From Candidatus Woykebacteria bacterium RBG_13_40_15 (GTDB lineage Bacteria > Patescibacteriota > Microgenomatia > Woykebacterales > RBG-16-39-9b): DNA of 64,000 nucleotides. This document shows, piece by piece, positions 55,440 to 63,372 of the stretch. The first letter of the stretch is position 1. The number at the start of each line of letters is the position of its first letter. The DNA is taken from positions 30,309-94,308 of the forward strand of contig MHCP01000028.1 in assembly GCA_001816655.1 (NCBI GenBank). Direction: 5' to 3'. The notes beneath the pieces were generated by a model that had not been told where the DNA came from, ran no database searches, and worked only from the letters and a program-made list of their open reading frames with translations. Position numbers and translations under genes: made by a program.

Positions 55440-56042
55440 TCAGCAGCCCGGGCTCCCTGGGTTCCAGTGGATGACAACCGTCCCGTCTTCCAACTTCTGG
55501 AAGGTGTAAAGCGGGGCAAGATCGTCTTCCACCAGTGCCACCAGATCCGCAGGCAAATCGTACCGTCCGAGCTTCACACTGGTGGGTCCGCAGGAAGTCA
55601 CACCCAGCGAACTGATGGCGACGTGGGTGAGTACCTCAGCAGTTGTCACGTTGCCCTTCGCCAATTCCTGTTGAGCTTGGGCGATCAAGGAGTCGAAATA
55701 GCCCCGAGCAGTGAAGTCTCTGCCTCCTCCCTCCACACCACTCTTCTCGCTGTACCAGGATGAATGAGTATACAGGTCGGCCTCGACGATATACATGCGT
55801 CCCTGTAAGTCACCGACACTCCCGCTCAGGGTGTAAGGGTACCCGACCTCAGTCCCTCCGACTCTGGCTTGCAGATCTTCGATTTGCTTCTGCTGCTCGT
55901 CGATACGGTCCTGCTGAGCAACGGCCGTTGCTTGTATGTCACCGATCTGACTCCGCAGGGCCTCCTCGTTGTCTGAGCCTCCTCCACAGGCCACTAGGAA
56001 TATGGCGGTCAGAACTGTGGCTATAACCAGAAAACGCCTCAC
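55440..56042 (-). CDS. hypothetical lipoprotein (GC-rich island 10a)
   Basis: Lipobox MRRFLVIATVLTAIFLVAC. 200 aa with high-GC codons. Confidence 0.5.
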   Translation of the reverse strand: MRRFLVIATVLTAIFLVACGGGSDNEEALRSQIGDIQATAVAQQDRIDEQQKQIEDLQARVGGTEVGYPYTLSGSVGDLQGRMYIVEADLYTHSSWYSEKSGVEGGGRDFTARGYFDSLIAQAQQELAKGNVTTAEVLTHVAISSLGVTSCGPTSVKLGRYDLPADLVALVEDDLAPLYTFQKLEDGTVVIHWNPGSPGC

Positions 56043-56197
56043 GGCGTCACTCCTTTCCCCGCCATTTGGCGGACCAACTAGAACAACTAACTTCCATCAT
56101 GACTGCCAACTTAGCCGTCAAGTTACAAATTGGTAACCAAGTTGGCAGCCACAATGTAAGGCGAAAACAACCGAATAAGTTTTCAAGGAACAGAAGT

Positions 56198-56226
56198 ATT
56201 ATACCAAACTATAGGTCAAAAGTCAA
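56198..56226 (-). promoter_or_regulatory. consensus sigma70 promoter for lipoprotein 55440..56042
   Basis: Minus strand reads TTGACT-tttgacctatagtttgg-TATAAT. Nearly identical to the promoter at 57034-57063. Confidence 0.5.
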
Positions 56227-56289
56227 TCTACGGACTACTCATAATTTATTGCGGGGAAAGTTTTTGGGAAAATTTGTTTGGTCCGAAAA

Positions 56290-56325
56290 AGAAAAACGAG
56301 CCTTTCGACTCGTTTTTCCTCCTAA
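56290..56325 (-). terminator. bidirectional hairpin terminator
   Basis: aaaaacgag-cctttcga-ctcgttttt is a 9-bp stem flanked by A/T runs. Downstream of lipoprotein 56451..56906. Confidence 0.5.
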
Positions 56326-56450
56326 ATAAACCATGGCTCGCTATAAGCTCACTATGATTTACTTGGGTATGCGAGGAACGGACAAGCCAAAGCTTGTTGC
56401 TCCCGTTCCTCGCTCATTTTCCCTTTCCGTTCTAGCCGAGGCCAGGCCCT

Positions 56451-56906
56451 CTATTTCGGGCAAAGATCGGGGCTTACTTTACGAAAGGATGCCCGTTCTA
56501 GGTCTGTGAGTACTTTGCCATTTCTCAGCACAATGACAAAACAGGCCGCCTGACTAACCATCAGGTCGCCCGAGTCACCGGGCCCCCAAAAGGTTGTCCC
56601 ATATGCCACATCCTCAATCTCGTCGTAGACGGGGGTATACTCAACAGCGTACTCTGGCAGCCAGAAAACGTTACCTGTACGCTCGTTTCTGACCTCAGTA
56701 GAGTAGATCGGTCGAGTGCCACTGTATGCACCGGATGGGGTGGAACCCAGGACTGTGACACGGTCACCGTTCTTGAACTCCGACACGAGTACCCCTTTGT
56801 AGGGGTTTTCCACGGTCCCGTACGTAGATGGAGCGCCGCCTTTACAAGAAACGGCAGCACCCACGAGAATCGTGAGAACAACGATCAAGAACGTAGCTCG
56901 TCTCAT
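56451..56906 (-). CDS. hypothetical lipoprotein (GC-rich island 10b)
   Basis: Lipobox-like MRRATFLIVVLTILVGAAVSC. 151 aa with high-GC codons. Confidence 0.5.
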   Translation of the reverse strand: MRRATFLIVVLTILVGAAVSCKGGAPSTYGTVENPYKGVLVSEFKNGDRVTVLGSTPSGAYSGTRPIYSTEVRNERTGNVFWLPEYAVEYTPVYDEIEDVAYGTTFWGPGDSGDLMVSQAACFVIVLRNGKVLTDLERASFRKVSPDLCPK

Positions 56907-57033
56907 CTCAACACCTCAAATGCCGTCAGAACGCGCTCTTCACGCTCCACTATTTTGGTGGTCTGACTCGCATCAAATAACCCTCAAAAGAGGACTATTT
57001 GACATTAGTCAAATCTTCTGATTTAACAGGAAG

Positions 57034-57063
57034 ATTATACTAAACTATGGGATAAAAGTCAAG
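57034..57063 (-). promoter_or_regulatory. consensus sigma70 promoter for lipoprotein 56451..56906
   Basis: Minus strand reads TTGACT-tttatcccatagtttag-TATAAT, a paralog of the 56198-56226 promoter. Confidence 0.5.
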
Positions 57064-57120
57064 ATTGGTTGATTATCAAGAAAGATTCCTAAAATCCAAT
57101 TGTTGTAGTAAAATAAACTA

Positions 57121-57885
57121 GTGAAAAGGCTGGCTGTCACATTTATTATTTTCATAATCCTTTTTATCGCTACTCCTGCGAACGCTTCTGAACTTAAAGC
57201 CGAACCAAGAAACTTTCAGTTGCAAGCTATCCCAGGCGATAACTTAGTTGAAAATGTCCTTATCACGAATTTATCAGCTTCAAATAAGACCCTAAAACTT
57301 TCTTGGTCAGTACCAAAAAATAATGGTATTGGCTTTGTTTCATTTGAAAAATCAGATCTGGTTCTCACACCAAATGCGACTAATCCAATCGAAATTGAGT
57401 TCAAAATTCCAAAAGATCTGCAGCCAGCTGATTATTACGGTTCCCTAGTAGCAAAAACTGGCTCTATCGAAGAAAAGAGCGATTTTACTATTAGGATCCT
57501 CGGAACAACAAAAGAGGAAATAGCGGTGGAAAAATTCCATGATAGTGGAAGTAAACTTAATTTTGAAGTTTCCAACAACGGCAATCGGACAATTACCTTA
57601 CAAACAAAAGCTAAAATAGAAGAGCTTTTTGGTTTATTTGGAAAGAACTTGGAAAGCAAAACTGAACTTAAAGCTGGCGAGAAAAAAGAAATTTCGATAG
57701 CTCACAGCAATTTACCACCTGGTTTTTACGGGGCTGATGTTGTACTTTTGTACGGTACCGCTGGGAGGGAACACTTGTTCCCTTATTTTTGGGTAAATCC
57801 TGATTTTGCATTGATAGGTACTTTGCTTTTAGTAATTGTGGTCTTGCTTTATTTCAAATTTAGGAAATCTACTAAACATGATTAA
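57121..57885 (+). CDS. secreted protein with C-terminal TM anchor (hypothetical surface protein)
   Basis: Signal peptide MKRLAVTFIIFIILFIATPANA, two beta-rich segments, C-terminal TM IGTLLLVIVVLLYF followed by a basic tail. Confidence 0.5.
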   Translation: MKRLAVTFIIFIILFIATPANASELKAEPRNFQLQAIPGDNLVENVLITNLSASNKTLKLSWSVPKNNGIGFVSFEKSDLVLTPNATNPIEIEFKIPKDLQPADYYGSLVAKTGSIEEKSDFTIRILGTTKEEIAVEKFHDSGSKLNFEVSNNGNRTITLQTKAKIEELFGLFGKNLESKTELKAGEKKEISIAHSNLPPGFYGADVVLLYGTAGREHLFPYFWVNPDFALIGTLLLVIVVLLYFKFRKSTKHD

Positions 57886-58657
57886 AAAACTAACTTGCAG
57901 CTTACTAATAGTTTCACTTAGCTTTGTTTTCTGTTTAGTACAGGCTCGTGCTGCAGATGTAACTGTAACTGGAACCGTCCCCCCAACTACTGTTACCCTT
58001 AGCGGTCGCGCGCCAGCAAGTTCAACAATTACGATCAGGGAGGACGGTAGCGTCGTTGCGACAACGGTGACTTCTGTTGCCGGGACATTTATTAGGACTA
58101 TTACTAGCACTTCAGGATTACATAATTATTCACTCACACTAGTTGACACTGCCGGAAGAAGTACACCAGCAACAAACTTTAATAATATAACCCTACCAGC
58201 CCATGGAGACACACCAATTAGCAACATTCTCATGCCACCTACAATTGCCCTTTCTAAGAACACTATTTACAAAGGGGACTCAACCTTGATTTACGGACAA
58301 GCATCTTCTGGATCAACTGTTCACGTTATTTTAAATGGGTCTCAAAAATTTAGTGGTGTTGTAAGCGGAAGCAGCTGGCAATTTACTCTGAGTTCTGGCT
58401 ACAATTTTGGTAATAATAGTATTTACGCTTATTTGACTAGAGCCGGCTACGCAAATTCCGTAAATAGCTACACTCTCAATTTAAAGGTAAATAATTGCAG
58501 AAGAAGTGATCTAAATTGTGATGGTTTCGTAAATTTAACTGATTTTTCGATCTTGCTCTACCATTGGGGTACCAACCACGCAATTGGTGATATAAATGGT
58601 GATGGAACGGTTGGTTTGATCGATTTTAGTATTATGATGTTTGACTGGACAGGGTAA
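57878..58657 (+). CDS. small secreted dockerin-containing protein
   Basis: Start placed at MIKKLTCSLLIVSLSFVFCLVQARA (signal peptide). Ends SDLNCDGFVNLTDFSILLYHWG...DINGDGTVGLIDFSIMMFDW, a duplicated dockerin segment. Confidence 0.5.
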   Translation: MIKKLTCSLLIVSLSFVFCLVQARAADVTVTGTVPPTTVTLSGRAPASSTITIREDGSVVATTVTSVAGTFIRTITSTSGLHNYSLTLVDTAGRSTPATNFNNITLPAHGDTPISNILMPPTIALSKNTIYKGDSTLIYGQASSGSTVHVILNGSQKFSGVVSGSSWQFTLSSGYNFGNNSIYAYLTRAGYANSVNSYTLNLKVNNCRRSDLNCDGFVNLTDFSILLYHWGTNHAIGDINGDGTVGLIDFSIMMFDWTG

Positions 58658-58687
58658 TTCGATCTAAGATTTAAGATGTAAGATATA

Positions 58688-58764
58688 GAACTCTCCGTAA
58701 CTAAATTCGTTCGCTTTCGCGAAAGTAATTTAGGTACTCTCGAGTTCTGCGACCACTAAAGTGG
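58688..58764 (-). repeat. structured intergenic repeat element, copy D (canonical, uninterrupted)
   Basis: The reverse complement is identical to copy A with the 71-nt insertion removed. It lies just upstream of the ATG at 58775. Confidence 0.7.
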
Positions 58765-58774
58765 CCTAAAGATT

Positions 58775-60343
58775 ATGAAAACTGCCAAACTGATTTTAAT
58801 TTTCATTTTTACACTTCAATTTCTGCTGATCCCATTTGTTGCAAAACCGGTCCACGCTGCGACGGCAAGCCTTTTTCTATCTCCTTCATACGGAAGTCAC
58901 TATGTCGGTGAAAAATTTTATGTGATGATTTACGTCTCTGGCGACGCATCAACCAACGCCTATGAAGTCCACATCGGGACTTCAAACATGACCGTTACTG
59001 GTATTTCGACCGGCGGTTCTATTTGCAACCTATATCCAAGCCCACCAAGTTACACAAATTCTTCTGCTTTCTTCCAATGCGGTCTTCCAACCCCTGGATA
59101 CTTAGGATCCTCTGGTTATATTGGAGCAGTTGTTGTGAAAGGAAACTCCCCTGGCACAGGCACTGTTTCTATTCAAGGGGGGTCTAAAATTTTAGCAAAC
59201 GATGGGGCTGGCACAAATATCATTTCGGGCTTAGGCTCTGCCTCCTTTCAGATATTACCGCCACCAACCGCAGCCCCAACTGTAACTTCAAGTACCCACC
59301 CCAATCAAGATAAATGGTATAAAAAATCCGACGTCTCTCTTTCCTGGACAGGCGCGGGAAATAATTTCGTCTACACACTAGATAATTCTCCTGAAACCTC
59401 TCCTGGAACAGGTTCTCCAACACTTGAAAAAAGTAAGACCTATACGGGACTAAAAGACGGAATTTGGTATTTTCATGTGAGAGTCCAAGGGAGCAGCGGC
59501 TGGAGCGAAACAACGCATTTCAGAATCCAAATTGACACAACTCCTCCCCTTCCCTTTAAGCCAGAGGCCGACCCAAAAGAAAATGCCACTAGCCCACCAA
59601 TCATCGCCTTCGCGGCAAAAGATGAAACCTCCGGCGTAGATCATTACGAGATCCGGGTTGATAATAGTGCTTGGGTTGTTGTTTCTGCTCCCTATAAAAT
59701 GGCCAGAATTTCTTCCGGCGAGCACCTAATTGAAATAAAAGCAGTTGATAAAGCGGGAAATGAAAGAATTGGAAGCGTTAAAGTTACGGTAAAGGAAATT
59801 CCCTCACCTGTAATTACCAAACCCACAAATGGAAGTTTTGTTCCGTACACAGATGAGCTTCTAATCCAAGGCCACTCATCTCCAGGGGATAGCGTAGAGA
59901 TATTTTTAGACGGGAAGAAAATTGCAAAAGTGGTAGCTGATAAAAACGGGAACTTTGAATTTACATACAAAGGCTTATTAAAACGCGGTAAACACACAAT
60001 TTACGCGGTTGCCGTCACACCGGCCAATATTGAGTCAAGAAGATCAAAAGAAGTGGTTTTCGCCCTTGATCCTCAAGCGTTTGTTGTAATTGGTTTTGTC
60101 ATACCCGGAGTCGCAATTTTTACCTCTCTGCTAACAGCGATTTTCATATTTGTGTTAATTATTCTCCTTTTGTTCTTTAAATCAAGGAGATTCAAAAAGC
60201 GCCTTCTTATTATTTTGGGACAGCTCGAGAAGGAAGTAGAAAAAGATTTGGAAACCTTCAAAGTCGACCAAAAGGCGGAGAAAAAGGTCGAGGAAGATTT
60301 CGAAAAAGTGGAAGAAGAAATTGCCGGGAAAGAGAAGAAATAG
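58775..60343 (+). CDS. cohesin-like domain surface protein with C-terminal TM anchor and cytoplasmic coiled-coil tail
   Basis: N-terminal signal, then SLFLSPSYGSHYVGEKFYVMIYVSGD...VHIGTSNMTVTGIS...GAVVVKGNSPGTGTVSIQGGSKILANDG (cohesin-like). Ig-like domains. TM AFVVIGFVIPGVAIFTSLLTAIFIFVLIILLLFF, then a KR/E-rich tail. Confidence 0.55.
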   Translation: MKTAKLILIFIFTLQFLLIPFVAKPVHAATASLFLSPSYGSHYVGEKFYVMIYVSGDASTNAYEVHIGTSNMTVTGISTGGSICNLYPSPPSYTNSSAFFQCGLPTPGYLGSSGYIGAVVVKGNSPGTGTVSIQGGSKILANDGAGTNIISGLGSASFQILPPPTAAPTVTSSTHPNQDKWYKKSDVSLSWTGAGNNFVYTLDNSPETSPGTGSPTLEKSKTYTGLKDGIWYFHVRVQGSSGWSETTHFRIQIDTTPPLPFKPEADPKENATSPPIIAFAAKDETSGVDHYEIRVDNSAWVVVSAPYKMARISSGEHLIEIKAVDKAGNERIGSVKVTVKEIPSPVITKPTNGSFVPYTDELLIQGHSSPGDSVEIFLDGKKIAKVVADKNGNFEFTYKGLLKRGKHTIYAVAVTPANIESRRSKEVVFALDPQAFVVIGFVIPGVAIFTSLLTAIFIFVLIILLLFFKSRRFKKRLLIILGQLEKEVEKDLETFKVDQKAEKKVEEDFEKVEEEIAGKEKK

Positions 60344-62224
60344 TTATTCCCTGTGTGCAAACCACCAATCAAAGATTTGTTTGACAACCGGAGCTGATAT
60401 TTCACTGCCGTGCCCTGCATTTTCAACCTGAACAGTTGCTACTATTTTTGCATTTGGATAAGGAGCGTAACCTGTGTACCAAGCGTGTGGTTTTTCTTGT
60501 CCTGATTCCGCACTACCTGTTTTACCTGCAGTTGGAATTTTAAAGCTAGTAAAAAGCCAACCAACGTTTCCATCACCGATTGTGTTTTGGTAAAGACCTT
60601 CCCTAATTGCATCGATAGTTTCCTTTTTCAAAAAATTTTCTTTAATAGCGTTTGGAACGCTACCCTTCAAAATAGTGGGGGTAAGCAACTTTCCACCATT
60701 CGCAAAACAGGCAGTTATCATCGAAAGCTGCAATGGCGTAACAAGTAAGTCTCCCTGGCCGATACTCAAGTTTAAAGTCTCGCCTGGATACCAAGGCTCC
60801 TTTTTCGTCTTCAATTTCCACTCTTCTGTAGGCACAAGACCTGCTTCTTCTCCAGGCAATTCTATCCCAGTAACCCTACCCAAACCAAAGTTTTTAGCCC
60901 AATCTTGAATTGGTTTTTCTCCAGTAATCTGCCCAAGTTTATAGAAAAATGTATCCGTACTGCGAGCGAGGGCTCTAACAATATTAATATCTCCTTCCGT
61001 CCTTCTACTTTCTGCCCAAAGCCAGTTTTGGAAAACATGAGAACCAAGGCTAATGTAACCTGGGTCGTTTATCTTTGTATCTTTTTTAATAGCTCCAGTT
61101 TCTAGACCGGCTGTTCCTGAAACCATCTTAAAGGTAGATCCGGGTGGGTAAGAAGCGCTAATAACTCTATTTAGCAATGGCTTTGCGGAACTATTTGTAA
61201 GAGTCGAATAATCTGCTTCGGTCAAGCCTTTGGCGAACAGATTATCGTCAAATGATGGAATTGAAACCAAAGCCAACACTTCTCCAGTAGAAGAGTCTAA
61301 AACGACAGCCGATCCTCCTTTAGCACCAACGTTTTTCATCTGGGCTAGAAGTGCCTCGCAAACAATTTTTTGTAGATCTATGTCTATACTTAAAGTAATA
61401 TTTTGGCCACTTTTAGCCTCAGTTTTGTAAATCCCCCCTTTTTTCTCACCCTGAGCAGTAACACTAATTAATTCGTAACCATTAATCCCTCGCAGTCTAT
61501 CCTCCATACTTTGTTCAATCCCAAACTTTCCTACCTGATCACCTAAGTTATAGGGAATTGTAATTTTTCTCTCGATGTCTTTTTGATCGGCTTCAGCTGT
61601 GTAACCGAGGAGATGGGCAGTAATTTCCTTGTATGGGTAAGAGCGGATTGGATTTATTTCCAATTGAATGCCTGGAAGACTACCCCCTTCTGCTTCTATA
61701 ACCAAAGCTTTCTCTGCCGGCAAACTCCCCATCAAAGTAACCGGTTTATCATTCGCTTCATTAAACTTTTGGGCCATGTCGCCACTATCACCCAAAATAG
61801 ATAAAAGCTTTGATAAAGCTTGCTCCCTCTTACTTTTTGATAAACCGGAGGGGTCGAAAATCAGTCTGTAACCGGGGGTATTTTGCGCTAAAACACGGCC
61901 GTTTCGGTCAAAAATAGCCCCTCTCGGGGCGTGATTTACAACAAGTTGTATCCTATTACCCTCTGCCCTTCCCAAAAACAAACCGCCACGAATTATTTGA
62001 AGATCGATAGCTCTCGCAAAAAGAACTAGACAGGCGGCGAAAAAGATAAAATAAATTGGAACGAGTCGCCAAGCGGATACTTCAAACTTGCTTTTCTCCT
62101 TCTCTTCGGTCGGGCCTCCCCAACTTTCAGCAAACTTGAGATCTTTTGAACTAACTGAAGCCCTTCTTTTTCTGCTTTTTTCTAATTCTTCCCAAAAAAC
62201 AAGACCGAATTTTTTTGCTTTCAT
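60344..62224 (-). CDS. mrdA: penicillin-binding protein 2 (elongasome transpeptidase)
   Basis: N-terminal TM, SxxK active site (GSTFKMVS), SxN and KTG motifs. Sits downstream of mreBCD. Confidence 0.85.
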   Translation of the reverse strand: MKAKKFGLVFWEELEKSRKRRASVSSKDLKFAESWGGPTEEKEKSKFEVSAWRLVPIYFIFFAACLVLFARAIDLQIIRGGLFLGRAEGNRIQLVVNHAPRGAIFDRNGRVLAQNTPGYRLIFDPSGLSKSKREQALSKLLSILGDSGDMAQKFNEANDKPVTLMGSLPAEKALVIEAEGGSLPGIQLEINPIRSYPYKEITAHLLGYTAEADQKDIERKITIPYNLGDQVGKFGIEQSMEDRLRGINGYELISVTAQGEKKGGIYKTEAKSGQNITLSIDIDLQKIVCEALLAQMKNVGAKGGSAVVLDSSTGEVLALVSIPSFDDNLFAKGLTEADYSTLTNSSAKPLLNRVISASYPPGSTFKMVSGTAGLETGAIKKDTKINDPGYISLGSHVFQNWLWAESRRTEGDINIVRALARSTDTFFYKLGQITGEKPIQDWAKNFGLGRVTGIELPGEEAGLVPTEEWKLKTKKEPWYPGETLNLSIGQGDLLVTPLQLSMITACFANGGKLLTPTILKGSVPNAIKENFLKKETIDAIREGLYQNTIGDGNVGWLFTSFKIPTAGKTGSAESGQEKPHAWYTGYAPYPNAKIVATVQVENAGHGSEISAPVVKQIFDWWFAHRE

Positions 62225-62565
62225 AGATTAATTAGTCTTAATGAGGCGACCAGAAAAGCTTCCCAGGAAATTGCGGAAAAAACCAAAAGACTGTAGGCTA
62301 TAAAATTTTTTGATGGCAAAACCGATCTAAGAGCAGCAAAAAGACCAATCGTGAAAGTTGTACTCATTAAAACTAAAAACACCGGAAGATCTGAGATAAT
62401 AGCTAAAACCAAACTAAAGAGGGTAGCAAAAAAAATTAGATGTTTAGTTTTGTTGATATTGAACCAAAATAAAACAACAAAACTACCGATTGGCAAAGCC
62501 AAAATTGAAACTTGAATGAAACTAGCAACAACAATCAAAATGGTAAATAAGATTAGCTCCTTCAT
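62221..62565 (-). CDS. mreD: rod shape-determining protein MreD
   Basis: 114-aa polytopic membrane protein between mreC and the PBP2 gene. Confidence 0.55.
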   Translation of the reverse strand: MKELILFTILIVVASFIQVSILALPIGSFVVLFWFNINKTKHLIFFATLFSLVLAIISDLPVFLVLMSTTFTIGLFAALRSVLPSKNFIAYSLLVFSAISWEAFLVASLRLINL

Positions 62566-63362
62566 ATTTTTTGCATAATAAAAACAGTTTCCAAATCCTC
62601 AAATGGAACGAGGGGTGAGACTTCAGCATTTTGGAAAATAGCTGACGGGTTTTTGTCTATACTTTTTATTTTCCCAAGCACCAGACCTTTGGGGTATTCG
62701 GCTTCCCCAGAGGAAAAAATGATCTCCCCAACCTGCAAAGTTTCATTTTGGACAACATTTTTTAAAGACATTCTATTGCCAAACTCGCCCTCAAGGATTC
62801 CTCGTGCCCCATTGCTTGTGATAGCTGGTATTTTACTCTCAGGGTCGGTTAACAAAATAACTAGCGACGAAGAATTGTGCGTTGCACTTACTTTACCGAT
62901 TAGGATATTTTTCAGAATTACGAAATTTCCCTCCTCAATGCCATAATTTCTTCCTTTACTTATTAAAATCCTGCTTACGGAAAAAAGTGGGTCTTGACCG
63001 ATTACTGAAGCAACAATTAGTTTGTTTCCAGATATCTTATCTCCAAGCTGCTCCCGCAAAAGCTTATTTTCTACCTCAAGTTTCTTCAAAGAAGCGTTTT
63101 CCGCCAAAAGAAGGCTATTTTCGTATTCCAGGTCGGTTTCCTTTTGTTTCAAGGAGCCAATTTCACTAATTACAGACAAGAAACCCTTTATATCATTGTG
63201 GCTTTTATACAAACTAATTTGAATCGGCGTAGTGATTTTTTGTGTTACATCCGAAACAAATCCCATTATTCCTAAGACATCAAAAATGAAAAAAAGGGCT
63301 ACTAAAGAAAGTAAAATAAGTAATGTTTTTTGTTTTAACAAGGCTCGAAAGTAATTATCCAT
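62562..63362 (-). CDS. mreC: rod shape-determining protein MreC
   Basis: N-terminal TM, coiled coil, beta-rich C-terminal domain. Operon position after mreB. Confidence 0.7.
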   Translation of the reverse strand: MDNYFRALLKQKTLLILLSLVALFFIFDVLGIMGFVSDVTQKITTPIQISLYKSHNDIKGFLSVISEIGSLKQKETDLEYENSLLLAENASLKKLEVENKLLREQLGDKISGNKLIVASVIGQDPLFSVSRILISKGRNYGIEEGNFVILKNILIGKVSATHNSSSLVILLTDPESKIPAITSNGARGILEGEFGNRMSLKNVVQNETLQVGEIIFSSGEAEYPKGLVLGKIKSIDKNPSAIFQNAEVSPLVPFEDLETVFIMQKI

Positions 63363-63372
63363 TAATCTACAA

